From the IMG/VR virus record IMGVR_UViG_3300021400_000062, positions 32,136 through 96,135 of that record: 64,000 nucleotides of DNA; one strand, written 5' to 3'. Made by a program: the position numbers and the translations under genes. The notes under the pieces were generated by a model, which was not told the DNA's origin, searched no databases, and saw only the letters and a list, made by a program, of their open reading frames with translations. Position 1 is the stretch's first letter, and each line of letters begins with the position of its first letter. This stretch comes from a virus (taxonomy: Duplodnaviria; Caudoviricetes). This document shows, piece by piece, positions 44,735-56,049 of the stretch.

Positions 44735-45794
44735 ATGGGAATTAGACTTGGAAACTTGACCTTCCGTGAACTTGCAGAAATGCATCAGTTTACACTTACG
44801 GAAGAAGAACTCGCAACATTGGAGGCTTTACGACAAGATGATGCAAGTGTTGAAAAAGGCACGGATAAGTGTCACATTTTTGATATACCGAGAATTATAG
44901 TTTGCGGAAACAAGGACGCGCGGCATAAGGTGGTTGATGTCCTGATGAAACATTCGGGCGAGATTAAGGGCGAGATTCAAATAGGAACACTATAAACATA
45001 AAGTGATATGGAAATAATTATAGCAGTTTTATTGGTTGCCAACTTATGTATTGGAATATACTGGGCTCGTGAATTACACAATGCTAATAAGAATATCAGT
45101 AATCATTATATTCTTTACTGTAAAGCCAGAATCATAAAAGAAAATTATGGTCATGGCGATTATTTTAATTGGATGAAATTTGAGAGAGATGATGTTGATG
45201 ATAATTCGCATTTTTTAGAACAATTTAATGCAAACGAGGAAGTAGAAATATACATTAGAAGAAAATAGTATGAACTACGATAAAGGAGAGCAATTAACTG
45301 TCGGCAGACTGAAAGAATATCTTAATTGTATCCCAAACGATGTTAAGGTTTTTATAGGGATTGGAAGTGAAAGAGAACAGGCCCACTATCTACTAAATGA
45401 AAAAGGCTCATTAGTTCTTCATTCCGATTGCTATATGCAAAACGCAGAAGAAACGAACATAAGAACTGTTATTAGTTTTCAAAAAAAAATAAATTATGAT
45501 AACACGTGAAGAACTCCGGGCAGATATAGATGCTATAATTGGTAATGCTTTGGCTAATATGGTTCCTATGGATATTCTTCTTTCCGAGTTACGCTGGGCG
45601 GAAAATAAAGTTATAGATTTTAATCAATAGTTAATATGGATTCTGATAAAATAAAAGAGTTAGAGGAACTCGCAAAACCCCTTAATGAATGGTTACAAAA
45701 GAATTTTAGTCCTCATTGTCGCATTATAATAGAATATGACGGAGCAGTAGTAACACAGGATGAAATTGGTGTGCCCTTTGAGGTGTTTGATTAG
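44735..45794 (+). CDS. Run of five small hypothetical genes (44735-44995, 45008-45268, 45270-45509, 45496-45630, 45636-45794)
   Basis: Tightly packed ATG-initiated ORFs; the last two are below the track cutoff. Confidence 0.55.
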
Positions 45795-45816
45795 AATATA
45801 GTAATTAAATAGAGAT

Positions 45817-46830
45817 ATGGAAAAGACAATAGAAATTCCATTCGGAGCAAAGGACTCTGAATTAAATGGCTGGGAATATACTATTCCAGAAAATATGGAA
45901 GCAGAAATTAAGGATGGGAAGATTATAGTGCGAGAGAAGGAGAATGAAGATGAGAAGATAAGGAAACAAATTATCGGTTTCTTTTCTGGTCGTTATGCTC
46001 TTTGTAATATAAACACTAAAGATGCGATTGCCTACCTCGAAAGGCAGAAGTATAAAGAAAATTATGACCGTATGGCCCCGATATATGAGGAAAAAGAATC
46101 TTTTGAATCAGCGCTTGGCAAGGCTTGGAAATTCTACAATGAAAGCGCATCTGCTACAGTAGATGGCTTGGAGGATAACTCAAGAGAACTTACATTTGCT
46201 AAAGGGTTTCGTGAAGGCTTTATATATAAAGAACGGCAGAAAGAACAGATGTCTCACCTTGAATTAAAAGCGGGTAAATGGTATATCTGCCATCGTGCAT
46301 TTTGTGCCCGTGCTGACCACTTGACAGTCAAGGAAGGTGAAAGATTCCAGTGCGAAAAGGATGGAATTGTAAAGGGCTTTGTGATAAAAGAACCCGAAAG
46401 ATATTTTAAGGAGTGTAGTGCTCCTGAACCTATGGAAAAAGAGCAGAAGCCCGCAGAGCGAAGTGAGAAAGAAGAACGCTTAATGAAAGCATTGCAAACA
46501 TCAAACGCTCGCATAGCAGAATTAGTAGAAGAAAACTATAATCTGAAAGAAACAAAGCAAGAGTGGAGCGAGGAAGATAAGGAAATGCTTCGTATCATCT
46601 CAAATAGGCTAGAGAAGTTTAACGAGTGGGCCACGGAACAAGGTTATCCTATTGATGACCCAACAATGAAACAGAGTCCTATTGATTGGCTCAAATCCCT
46701 CCGTACGCATCCTCACTGGAAGCCCAGCGAGGAACAAATGGAAGCTTTAAGTGATGCTTATGTTGAAGCAAGAACTTTTAAGATGGCAGATATTCTTGAA
46801 TCACTTCATCAAGACCTTGAAAAGTTATAG
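45817..46830 (+). CDS. Modular hypothetical protein with EWSEED / WKPSEEQ motifs
   Basis: EDEKIRK, AIAYLERQK, QKPAE, EWSEEDKEML, WKPSEEQMEAL. Confidence 0.7.
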   Translation: MEKTIEIPFGAKDSELNGWEYTIPENMEAEIKDGKIIVREKENEDEKIRKQIIGFFSGRYALCNINTKDAIAYLERQKYKENYDRMAPIYEEKESFESALGKAWKFYNESASATVDGLEDNSRELTFAKGFREGFIYKERQKEQMSHLELKAGKWYICHRAFCARADHLTVKEGERFQCEKDGIVKGFVIKEPERYFKECSAPEPMEKEQKPAERSEKEERLMKALQTSNARIAELVEENYNLKETKQEWSEEDKEMLRIISNRLEKFNEWATEQGYPIDDPTMKQSPIDWLKSLRTHPHWKPSEEQMEALSDAYVEARTFKMADILESLHQDLEKL

Positions 46831-46833
46831 CTT

Positions 46834-47040
46834 ATGAGACAGACATTTTATGCAGTACATGATTATGGGATAATTCCCTGCCATCTAATTGCAAAAAAGG
46901 ATAGATATGATGGAAGAAAGTATGCCGCAAACTCCAAGAGAGATAAGAGAAGATTTCAAAATGCTTATTCCAATAGAGAGGATGCCGAAAATGCTGTTGC
47001 TCAATATGAAATTTATATGAATCAACCAGATACATTTTAG
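46834..47040 (+). CDS. Hypothetical protein
   Basis: 68 aa in operon. Confidence 0.55.
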   Translation: MRQTFYAVHDYGIIPCHLIAKKDRYDGRKYAANSKRDKRRFQNAYSNREDAENAVAQYEIYMNQPDTF

Positions 47041-47042
47041 CC

Positions 47043-47534
47043 ATGAAATACATTCCCGCAGACAAACTAATTGCCGAGATTGAAAGGCGAATAGATTTAA
47101 TATGCACAACCGAAGGCGTTGTTCAACGAGATAAATTACAAGAGTATGAAGCATTGAGAGATATTGGTGATTTTATTATATCTCTCCAGCAGGAGCAGCC
47201 GGAGGTTCAAAACGGGAAATTTGTCTTTCCGAAATACCTATATGCGAGAACAAAAGACAACAAGACCATTGATATGTCTTATGCTCCGCAAGATATGAAT
47301 GCAATAGAATACATTCGTAATGACTTTATTCAGAAGGAGCAGCCGGAGGTGGATTTGGAGAAAAAAATGAAAGAATCCGAACAAAGTTGGTACAATAAGG
47401 CAGCAGAGTTTTGGTATAAGCATTGTGAATTAAATAAAACCAAAGACCAAAGGATTTTGATACTTTATGCACCTACATTTACAGAATTTGTGCATGACAT
47501 CTACGAATTTGGCCTTAACGCAAGAAAGCCATGA
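47043..47534 (+). CDS. Modular hypothetical protein (QQEQPEV..LNARK family)
   Basis: Duplicated EQPEV, also at DNA level (GGAGCAGCCGGAGGT twice). Confidence 0.65.
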   Translation: MKYIPADKLIAEIERRIDLICTTEGVVQRDKLQEYEALRDIGDFIISLQQEQPEVQNGKFVFPKYLYARTKDNKTIDMSYAPQDMNAIEYIRNDFIQKEQPEVDLEKKMKESEQSWYNKAAEFWYKHCELNKTKDQRILILYAPTFTEFVHDIYEFGLNARKP

Positions 47535-47797
47535 TAGTATTATACATCATAATATCATTAACCAATGTATTTCTGCATATCGTTAGGAGCATCTTGGTTA
47601 TTAAGGCAAGCAAGGTAATAGCCTCTCTTGCTAATTGCATATGTTATACTTTTTCAGCTATTGTAATCAAATTTATAGCCGAGACTGATTTGTGGATTGC
47701 AATAACAGTTCAGGCATCAACCAATTTTATCGGCTGCTATCTGGCAATGTGGTTTTGCGAGTGGTGGCTTAATGCAAGAAAGGAGGAAAGAATATGA
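47531..47797 (+). CDS. Three-TM membrane protein
   Basis: Hydrophobic; ends LNARKEE. Confidence 0.6.
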   Translation: MIVLYIIISLTNVFLHIVRSILVIKASKVIASLANCICYTFSAIVIKFIAETDLWIAITVQASTNFIGCYLAMWFCEWWLNARKEERI

Positions 47798-48177
47798 AAA
47801 ATCTATATTTAAATAATTTGGCTAAAGACATTCACACAGATAATGTTTTGAAAGGATTTTATGATAAGCCAAGAGAGATTGGTACAACATTAATGCTTGT
47901 TGTTTCCGAGTTGTCAGAGGCATTAGAGGCTGACAGGAAACGTCTATATAACAATAGTGGCACACTCCTGCCTGATAGAATTCCAAGTGTTAAAAGCGAA
48001 AAGTTCAAAGATTGGTTTGAAAAAAACATAAAAGATACCGTCAATGACGAAATCGCAGATGCTATTATTCGCCTTCTTGATTTTTGTGCATGGCAAGGTA
48101 TAGATATAGACAGACATATTAAACTAAAATTGGCTTATAATAAAATGCGTCCACATCGTCATGGGAAAAATTATTGA
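47794..48177 (+). CDS. MazG-like NTP pyrophosphohydrolase
   Basis: LVVSELSEALEADRK, DEIADAIIRLLD, KLAYNKMRPHRHGK. Confidence 0.85.
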   Translation: MKNLYLNNLAKDIHTDNVLKGFYDKPREIGTTLMLVVSELSEALEADRKRLYNNSGTLLPDRIPSVKSEKFKDWFEKNIKDTVNDEIADAIIRLLDFCAWQGIDIDRHIKLKLAYNKMRPHRHGKNY

Positions 48178-48231
48178 AATTACTCACCACCTCTGGAACA
48201 AAGGGTATAACGCAAGAAAGGAGGAAAGCAA

Positions 48232-50808
48232 ATGAAAGAAAAATACGAATTGATTGGTAGTGGTGATTCCGTTCATCTTATCAGAAAATATAAGAAGCAT
48301 TGGTGGAGCAGGTGGCAGATTGAAATGGATGGCGCCACACCAAAAATATACCTTGTAGACCAAGAGAAATGTATTCACGACTATAAGTTCATTGAAATTG
48401 TGTATACTGTATCTTTTCCTGCTGGAGTTCCAATGCGTCTCTTAAGATGTGCAAAATGTGGGCACGAAAGAGTTTCCCGTCTTTAACAAAAAAGGGGAGG
48501 AACATCAATGAAAGCACCAGATAAGATTTATGTTCATGTAAGAACAGAGCCAAGACCAAGTATCACTTTTAGTGAAGCTCAGGAGGAAAATTCCTCAAAT
48601 GTAGAATACATCAGCAAGGACGCACTGCTGGGGTGGGCAAAAACAAAACTATCCCACCTTCAAGAAGATTTTGATGTATATACAGGGCAGCGGCTAATCC
48701 TTCGAGAGTTAATTGAAAAAATCAATGCGATATGACAAGAGATAAAGCAATTTTAGTATTAAATAGTCTATTAACTTGGCTTGGTTACGAAAGACCTATT
48801 ACAGAAGAAATTGTAGAAGCAATTAAAACCATTTCCAAACCTTATCTTCCCTCCAACATTGACGATGCGGCAGAAGAATATGCCTATAATAATTGGGAGG
48901 ACAATGACTATCACACGGGCGCAAGCGAAGGCTTACCATTTGATGCAATCGGACATACTGAAAAGTGTTTCAAGGCCGGTGCCGAGTGGCAACGGGAACA
49001 GGATAGCGAAACAATTGAGCTTGCTGAAGACCACGCAATATTGGCCGGGATGATGAAGGAACGGAAACAGATGCTGAAAGATGCGGTAGATGGAGAAGTG
49101 GTTTCCGACTTAAAAGGTGTGAACTATGTTCGTTCAATGAGTAAGATATCAGATGATTTGCGTTTTGGTAAAAAGGTTAAACTAATAATCATAAAGAAAG
49201 AAGAACAATGAGTGATTATATTTTAAGACTTGATGAGATAGACAAGTGGTTATTTGATTCATTTGGTATCCTTTCTGGGTGTTGTAGTTCACAAGAAAAC
49301 CTACGATACACAACAGCAAAAATGGTTGCTGAAGCATTGTGGCCAAAGAAAGACCTTGGTTGGCATTCAGTAAAAGAATCATTACCTCCAATAGACGAAG
49401 AAGTGATTGTGCTTACCGATGAAATCAATGGAAAGATTGTTCCAAATGCACATAAAATATGCTATGGACACAGACCTAATCTTGATGGGTGGAATGGGAA
49501 AAATATTGATACCGGCGAGATAAAACATTATGATGTTGTAACATATGATGGATGGAATATTCCCGGAGTAACACATTGGATGTATTTACCAAAACTAACA
49601 GATGAAGAATAATGACGCTATTAGATTTATATAAAAAAGTAAAACGCATCGGCGAGTATTTTAACTCTGCTGATATTCCACTTAAATACAACGGCAATGA
49701 CTTTAACATTGATTTTGAATTTGAGTCTAAAGATGCTATTGTTGACCATATAGAAGTAAAGCTAGACGTTGCGTTATCATGGGAGGATGTTAAAACCATA
49801 TTTAAGATAGCCGACAATTATGAAAGCGAACCAAATAGACCAAAATATCTTACACAAGTCTATTGTCAAGAGATTTTAAACAGATTTAATGAACAGAGAC
49901 AGAAATAAAAGCTGGAGAGACATATATAACTATGAGTGGAGATAAAGTATGGGTGTTTCTGCCCGAAACACAGAGGATAGCAAGGGCAACAATAATTGTG
50001 GAAAATCGGAGCTTACAATCAGTGATAGTCCGCCTTGATTATAACGGAGATGAAAGAGTTTTCTACAAGAATTGGTCTTGTTTCAAGACAAGGAAGGCTT
50101 TATGTGAGCATTACAGGAAAATATTTGAATAAAAAGTTTATGACACGCAAAGAAATTCTACAATTCGGCAAAGAAATAGCCGACAAGTTCTTCCATAAGA
50201 AACATCAGAAAGAAGTAACAGTAAAAGGCTTTGTCGCAAGAGACAAAGATGGTAGATTATTTCTATATAATGAAAAGCCTATCAAATATAATAGTATATG
50301 GATAGGCGATGGGTTCTCGCTACAAATTGATTTATTGCCCCAAATTAAGTGGGAGGATAAAAAGCCAATACCAGTAGAGATTACTATTAAATTAAAATAA
50401 TATGAATCCTGTAAAAATCAGACATATAAAATGGTTGATTGGAAAAGATGATTATTATAGAAACAGGGCAATTCAAATGGGCGAGCTCATGGGAACTTGG
50501 ATTGCTGAACTATCTCTTTCCAAAATGCAGAGCAAGGAATACTATAGTGCGTTGAAGAAAAGAAATATGTACTCACAAAGACTGTTGTGGTATATAAAGA
50601 AATACCGTAGCAACAACTATGATGAAATAAAAGATTTTAATACGTAGGATATGATACTGAATATATTACTAAAAATAATAATAGCAACTGTGTGTTTAGC
50701 AGCAATTCTTGCGCTGATACTTATAATATGGGCCGGCTTTTATGTACATAATGGTGGTGAAATAAACATATCTTATGACAGAGAAGATAAAAAACCAAAA
50801 GAGGAATG
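48232..50808 (+). CDS. Run of small hypothetical genes (48232, 48508, 48732, 49208 DUF551-like, 49612, 49932, 50140, 50402, 50651)
   Basis: Abutting ORFs; 49208 has WHSVKESLP..VTHWMYLPKL; 48732 has FKAGAEWQ. Confidence 0.6.
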
Positions 50809-50886
50809 ATACAATGCTATTAAAGTTTTCAATAGCAAACCAATTCCTATATAAATTAAGACAGGAAATATTAAACTACCAAAAAG

Positions 50887-51270
50887 ATGTCAAGCAGAAG
50901 TATTAGATTATCAGAGAAACATGGAGTAAACACGAGTATATTACATTGTCCTATATGTGGAAAGGAAACTGGTATTGGTTTGTTGGGAAAACTTAAAGGA
51001 GATGCTGAAGCACCAAGAGATATGGTTGATAACAATCCTTGCGAAAATTGCCAGAAAGTTATTGATGATGGTGGTCATTTTATTATAGAGGTAAAAGATG
51101 GTGAATCTGGTAATAATCCTTATAGAACAGGAAGATTGGTTGCAATAACAACAGAAGCTTGTGAAAGATTGTTTACATTAAGGCCAGCTCCGCAAGTAGC
51201 ATATATGGAACAATCTAATTTTGGACCAATGTTTGGTGAATTTATAAAAGAAAACAATAAAGAAGAATAA
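50887..51270 (+). CDS. Zinc-binding hypothetical protein
   Basis: CPICG..PCENC; LSEKHGVN. Confidence 0.7.
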   Translation: MSSRSIRLSEKHGVNTSILHCPICGKETGIGLLGKLKGDAEAPRDMVDNNPCENCQKVIDDGGHFIIEVKDGESGNNPYRTGRLVAITTEACERLFTLRPAPQVAYMEQSNFGPMFGEFIKENNKEE

Positions 51271-52478
51271 TGACAAAAGATGAATTACAAGCAAATGCTG
51301 TAGATATGCTTATTAAAAATAAAAGGATGATAGTAAGCTATTCTACTGGTGTCGGCAAGAGTAAAGTTGCTATTGAATTCATTAAGAAAATGAAGCCAAA
51401 AAGAGTTTTGCTTGTAGTTGCTGAAACATTACACAAGAAAAACTGGCAAGATGAATTCAAGAAGTGGAAAGCATTAAAGTTATTTAAAGATATAACTGTA
51501 GAATGCTATGCATCACTACATAAATATAAGGACACAGAGTGGGATTTTATATGTTTTGATGAAGCGCATCATTTAAGACCGCAGTTAAAACAAGATATAA
51601 TAGCCACGATGAAATCTGAATATATCCTATGTCTTAGTGCTACTTTTCCAAAAAGAAAACTTTTACCAATACTAAATAGTTGTTTTGGTGCTTTTGTTAC
51701 AGATGATGTAACAATTCAGGATTCAATAGCAAATGGATGGTTGCCAGAACCAACATATTATACCATACCACTATATCTGTCAAGCAATGTTGCATCTGAA
51801 ACATTTATAGAAGAATGGGGTCAAAAGGAGTTGAGAATAGATGTTACTGCAAACTATCAAACAAGATGGGTATACAAGAAAGATAAAAGAACCTTCCCAA
51901 ACATAAGGATGACAGTGCAATGTACTCCATACCAAAAGTATCTGTATCTTTGTGAACAATATAACTACTGGAAGAAACAATCCAAGATAGGAAAGAATAA
52001 AGAATATGCAAAGAACAAACAGATGCAATATGGTAGCCAGAGAAAAGATTTCTTGGGCTCGCTAAAAACACCACTTGTGCCAAAACTTATCGAGAAGATA
52101 AAAAACAAAAGGTATATTTGTTTTTGTACAAACATTCAGCAATGTGATGCTCTTGGTGGTGACTATGCGGTACATTCTAAAAAACCTGATAGCGATTCTC
52201 TTGTAGATGCATTCAATGTAGAGTTTATAAACAAACTTTTCTTTGTGTTCAAGGGTATGGAGGGAATGAACCTTACAAACATAGAAGCTGGTATAATAGT
52301 TCAGCTTGATGGCTCTCCGATAAGAGTTACCCAAAAGACTGGTAGAATGTACAGGTCTGAACATCCAGAGATATACATCTTCTACTATAAGAATACAAGA
52401 GATGAAGAATTCCTAAAAATGGCACTTGAGGGTATAGATGAAAAGTATATAAAAGAACTCAACTATAAAGATATATAG
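51270..52478 (+). CDS. Superfamily 2 helicase
   Basis: TGVGKS, FDEAHH, LSAT, EGMNL, QKTGRMYR. Confidence 0.9.
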   Translation: MTKDELQANAVDMLIKNKRMIVSYSTGVGKSKVAIEFIKKMKPKRVLLVVAETLHKKNWQDEFKKWKALKLFKDITVECYASLHKYKDTEWDFICFDEAHHLRPQLKQDIIATMKSEYILCLSATFPKRKLLPILNSCFGAFVTDDVTIQDSIANGWLPEPTYYTIPLYLSSNVASETFIEEWGQKELRIDVTANYQTRWVYKKDKRTFPNIRMTVQCTPYQKYLYLCEQYNYWKKQSKIGKNKEYAKNKQMQYGSQRKDFLGSLKTPLVPKLIEKIKNKRYICFCTNIQQCDALGGDYAVHSKKPDSDSLVDAFNVEFINKLFFVFKGMEGMNLTNIEAGIIVQLDGSPIRVTQKTGRMYRSEHPEIYIFYYKNTRDEEFLKMALEGIDEKYIKELNYKDI

Positions 52479-52479
52479 T

Positions 52480-53061
52480 ATGAACTTATTATTACAAACA
52501 GAAACATTTCTAAAGAACAACCTTACTGATGAAGAGGTATTATATATGCTGATTCTATCAAGAGGTTGTTCAATAGAAAGGGCTCAACAATCCCTTGTAA
52601 GTAAGGGTTATATAACACAAGATGGAAATATCTTTGCTGATTATAGAATTACCAAAGCTGGTGTTGATGCAGTAAATGCAGTTGTTCTTGATTCTGACAA
52701 GAGAATTCCAACAAAAACAGATAAAGAGCTTAAAGAGCTGGCAAGCGACCTGATTGCTTTATTTCCAAAAGGATACCAACAAGGTAACAGATATCCTTGG
52801 AGAATGTCACCATCAGCTGCTGTTGAAAGGTTGAGAAGCTTCTTTCTTAAATTCAACAATGATTACACATTTGATGAAATAAGGGAAGCAACAAAGAAAT
52901 ATGTGGAGCACTATAAAGACAGTGGTCAGATGAGAACTATGGTTTACTTTATTTGGAATACAAAGAATGGTAGTTATGATTCTCCACTCGCAAATGAAAT
53001 AGAATTATTGCGTTCTGGTGTTGAAGAAACAACAGAAGGATGGCAAAACACTATGGTTTAA
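52480..53061 (+). CDS. Putative replication initiator / helicase loader
   Basis: wHTH-like N-part; EIREATKKYV..YFIW; upstream of the DnaB-like gene. Confidence 0.5.
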   Translation: MNLLLQTETFLKNNLTDEEVLYMLILSRGCSIERAQQSLVSKGYITQDGNIFADYRITKAGVDAVNAVVLDSDKRIPTKTDKELKELASDLIALFPKGYQQGNRYPWRMSPSAAVERLRSFFLKFNNDYTFDEIREATKKYVEHYKDSGQMRTMVYFIWNTKNGSYDSPLANEIELLRSGVEETTEGWQNTMV

Positions 53062-53080
53062 CAACTAAAAATAAACAACA

Positions 53081-53521
53081 ATGAAAAAAATTAAGATTGA
53101 AGAAACAATCTGCAAGTACAAGTATGAAGCTTGTGATGGTACACAATTCGATGATGAAGAAGAGTGCCTTAAGTATGACAAGACAATGATTGGTATCATA
53201 AGGGGAAGGCTTAAAGAAATGTGTGTTAGCGAAGGCTCTGAAGAAGACTTCCTTTTCTGCGGAAGCTGTGATAACGACGCTTGGATTTGCATACCAAAGA
53301 CAGAGAAAGATATTGATACGCTGAAACAAGCAATACTTGCTTATGGTGGAAACCAGCAACAAATAGATGCTATGGTAAAAGATGATTACATCAACACGCC
53401 TGTTGTTGTAATCATAGGATATGATGGATGTGGGTGCTGGATAACAAGTTATAAGAAACTTGTAGAATTTGCTACTAAAGGTAAGTTTACAGTTGCAGAG
53501 CTTCCAGAACAAGATAAGTAA
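53081..53521 (+). CDS. Hypothetical protein
   Basis: YEACDGTQFDDEEECLKYD motif. Confidence 0.65.
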   Translation: MKKIKIEETICKYKYEACDGTQFDDEEECLKYDKTMIGIIRGRLKEMCVSEGSEEDFLFCGSCDNDAWICIPKTEKDIDTLKQAILAYGGNQQQIDAMVKDDYINTPVVVIIGYDGCGCWITSYKKLVEFATKGKFTVAELPEQDK

Positions 53522-53523
53522 TC

Positions 53524-54699
53524 ATGGGATTCAGTAAGGTATTCAAAGACCTTGTAGAGAGAAAAGAAAGAGCAGAAAGTGGTAAGTATAATTGTATACC
53601 ATTTCCATTTCCAAGGTTTAGAAGCCTTGTACCGGGTATAGAAAGAGGTCGGTATGTTTGCATCACAGCGTCCGCCAAGATTGGAAAGTCGAAATTCTGT
53701 GACTTTATGTTTGTGTATGAACCATTATTCTTTGCAATAGATAATCCACAATTCAGATTTAAGGTTATATACTTTACTCTTGAGGTTAATGCCGAAACAA
53801 AATATCTTGAGTTTTTGAGTCATCTTCTTTATAGGCTTGATAACATTGTTGTTTCTCCAGTTGATTTAAGAAGTGTTAACAACGAAAAACCAATCAGTCA
53901 GAATATATTGGATTTACTTAACACTGAAAGATACCAGAAATACATCAAATTTTATGAGGAACATATTGAATATATAGACACCATAGCCAATCCCACAGGC
54001 ATAAATAAATACTGTAGAGATTATGCAGAAAAGAATGGAAAATTCAACCATATTCCTTATAAAACAACAAATGAAGTAACCGGTGAAGAAGAGACAAGAA
54101 TGAAGCTTGACCCAGATAATCCATACACACCAAATGATGAAGAAGAATATAGGATAGTAATAATTGACAACGCTGCAAACCTGACAACAGAGAAAGGTCT
54201 TACAATGAGAGAAACCATTGATAAGATGTCAAAATACTGTATAACATTAAGAAATCAACTTAATTATATAATGGTATTGGTTCAACATCAGAGTCTTGCA
54301 GCAGAATCACTTGATGCAATGAAGATGGATGCAATGAAGCCAAGTGCAGCAAATCTTGGTGATGCAAAGACCGTGGTCAGAGATATCAATATGCTGATTG
54401 GTCTATATTCTCCATTCAAGCACAACAAGAAAGAGTTCAGTGGGTATGACATAACAAAGCTTAAAAACTATTCGAGATTCATGGAGATAATTGATGATAG
54501 GGATTATGGTGCAAACAACAATATCTGTCCATTATTCTTCAATGGTGCGTCTTCTTTCTGGGCAGAACTTCCAAGACCCGAAGATACACAGGCTCTAAAT
54601 GCAGTATATTCTTACATAGATTCTCTCGAACAAAAAAGAAGAGAAAAGACATTTTTCTTGAAAATATTTAGTAAATTTAGGTTTAAAAGAAACAAATAA
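53524..54699 (+). CDS. DnaB-like replicative helicase
   Basis: ASAKIGKS Walker A, YFTLE, VIIDN, LVQHQ, DRDYG. Confidence 0.85.
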   Translation: MGFSKVFKDLVERKERAESGKYNCIPFPFPRFRSLVPGIERGRYVCITASAKIGKSKFCDFMFVYEPLFFAIDNPQFRFKVIYFTLEVNAETKYLEFLSHLLYRLDNIVVSPVDLRSVNNEKPISQNILDLLNTERYQKYIKFYEEHIEYIDTIANPTGINKYCRDYAEKNGKFNHIPYKTTNEVTGEEETRMKLDPDNPYTPNDEEEYRIVIIDNAANLTTEKGLTMRETIDKMSKYCITLRNQLNYIMVLVQHQSLAAESLDAMKMDAMKPSAANLGDAKTVVRDINMLIGLYSPFKHNKKEFSGYDITKLKNYSRFMEIIDDRDYGANNNICPLFFNGASSFWAELPRPEDTQALNAVYSYIDSLEQKRREKTFFLKIFSKFRFKRNK

Positions 54700-54702
54700 T
54701 TT

Positions 54703-55383
54703 ATGGGTAATATTAGTATTATTCTTGGTAAGAGTGGTTCTGGAAAATCCACTTCAATAAAGACACTAAATCCAGATGAAAGTGTTGTTGTTAACGTATT
54801 GAAAAAGAGATTGCCATTCAAGGGAAGCTCTTCAATATTTAACGAGGAGAAAGAGAATCTTATAGGTATTGATACATATGACGCTCTTATATCATTTATA
54901 CAACACGTTGATGCAAACATGCCAAACATCAAAACACTTGTTGTTGATGATTCTATTTACGTCATGAGAAAAGAGTTCTTCAAGAGGGCAAAGGAAGTAG
55001 GGTATACAAAGTTTACAGAGCTTGCGCAGCATTTTCAGCAGATAATCCAGACATGTGAAAACGCTAGAGACAATCTTAATGTGTTCTTGATTCTCCATAG
55101 CGAGGATGTTGTTAGCGATAAGACTCTTACTGGATATAAGGTTGCAACCGTTGGAACAATGATAGACAATCAATATAATCCTGTAGAGGTTGTACCAATC
55201 GTGCTCTATGCTGAAATAAGGTATGATAATAATGGCAAACCATCTTATGGATTCTATACACATTCAATAAAGGTTGGCTCTACACAGATTCCGGCGAAAA
55301 CACCAGAGGGAATGTTTAAGGATGATTATATTCCAAATGACCTTGGTGCAGTAGTAAAGGCAATAGATGAATATTATAAGTAG
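54703..55383 (+). CDS. AAA / Sak4-like ATPase
   Basis: GKSGSGKST, LVVDD, AKTPEGMF..IPNDL. Confidence 0.8.
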   Translation: MGNISIILGKSGSGKSTSIKTLNPDESVVVNVLKKRLPFKGSSSIFNEEKENLIGIDTYDALISFIQHVDANMPNIKTLVVDDSIYVMRKEFFKRAKEVGYTKFTELAQHFQQIIQTCENARDNLNVFLILHSEDVVSDKTLTGYKVATVGTMIDNQYNPVEVVPIVLYAEIRYDNNGKPSYGFYTHSIKVGSTQIPAKTPEGMFKDDYIPNDLGAVVKAIDEYYK

Positions 55384-55385
55384 TC

Positions 55386-55550
55386 ATGTCATACTGTCCA
55401 AATTGTAAAACACTTGTAGATACTGATAAGGAATGGGAGAGAATAGATAACGACCATATAAGAATCAAGTATTACTGTGATAGGTGTGGTTGCCATCTTG
55501 AAGGAGAAGATGATATACAGAAAAGTAAAATACAAGACTGGGAAAAATAA
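55386..55550 (+). CDS. Small zinc-ribbon protein (54 aa)
   Basis: MSYCPNCK..YYCDRCG. Confidence 0.65.
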   Translation: MSYCPNCKTLVDTDKEWERIDNDHIRIKYYCDRCGCHLEGEDDIQKSKIQDWEK

Positions 55551-55615
55551 ACAAACAAGAAAAACTTATTACTGGCTTTTAAGCCAAATTACAAACAACT
55601 AAAACATTTAATTAA

Positions 55616-56047
55616 ATGAAGACTTTAAATTCACGTCAGGTTGCAGTGCTCAAGAGAACTGCACAGAACAATTATCCACTCAACCAGAAGCTTGCAAAGA
55701 TTGCAAAGCAAATGCAGGAACTCGAAGATGAGAAGACTGTTATTGAGGCTCAGATTAAGGGTTTTGAAATGGGCGTTATAGCACTTACCGGTGGTTATAC
55801 TTCAAGCGACCTTATTGACAGGGTTGTTCTTCCTGCTGTTAATGAGGACGGCACCCAGAAGGTAGATAAGGATGGTCGTGCACTCACCATTACAAAGTAT
55901 GTCCCCAAGGCTGGCGTTCTTGTTGAGAATGGAGATGGTGGATATACAATTAATATTGCTGAACCGCAAGAACCGGTAGCTGAAGAGCCTGCTGATGGCA
56001 CTCCAGCAAGTGTAGAAGGTGAAACAGTAGAAATTCAGGAGGACTAA
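55616..56047 (+). CDS. Coiled-coil protein with acidic tail
   Basis: 143 aa; DKDGR..TKYVP. Confidence 0.65.
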   Translation: MKTLNSRQVAVLKRTAQNNYPLNQKLAKIAKQMQELEDEKTVIEAQIKGFEMGVIALTGGYTSSDLIDRVVLPAVNEDGTQKVDKDGRALTITKYVPKAGVLVENGDGGYTINIAEPQEPVAEEPADGTPASVEGETVEIQED

Positions 56048-56049
56048 TT

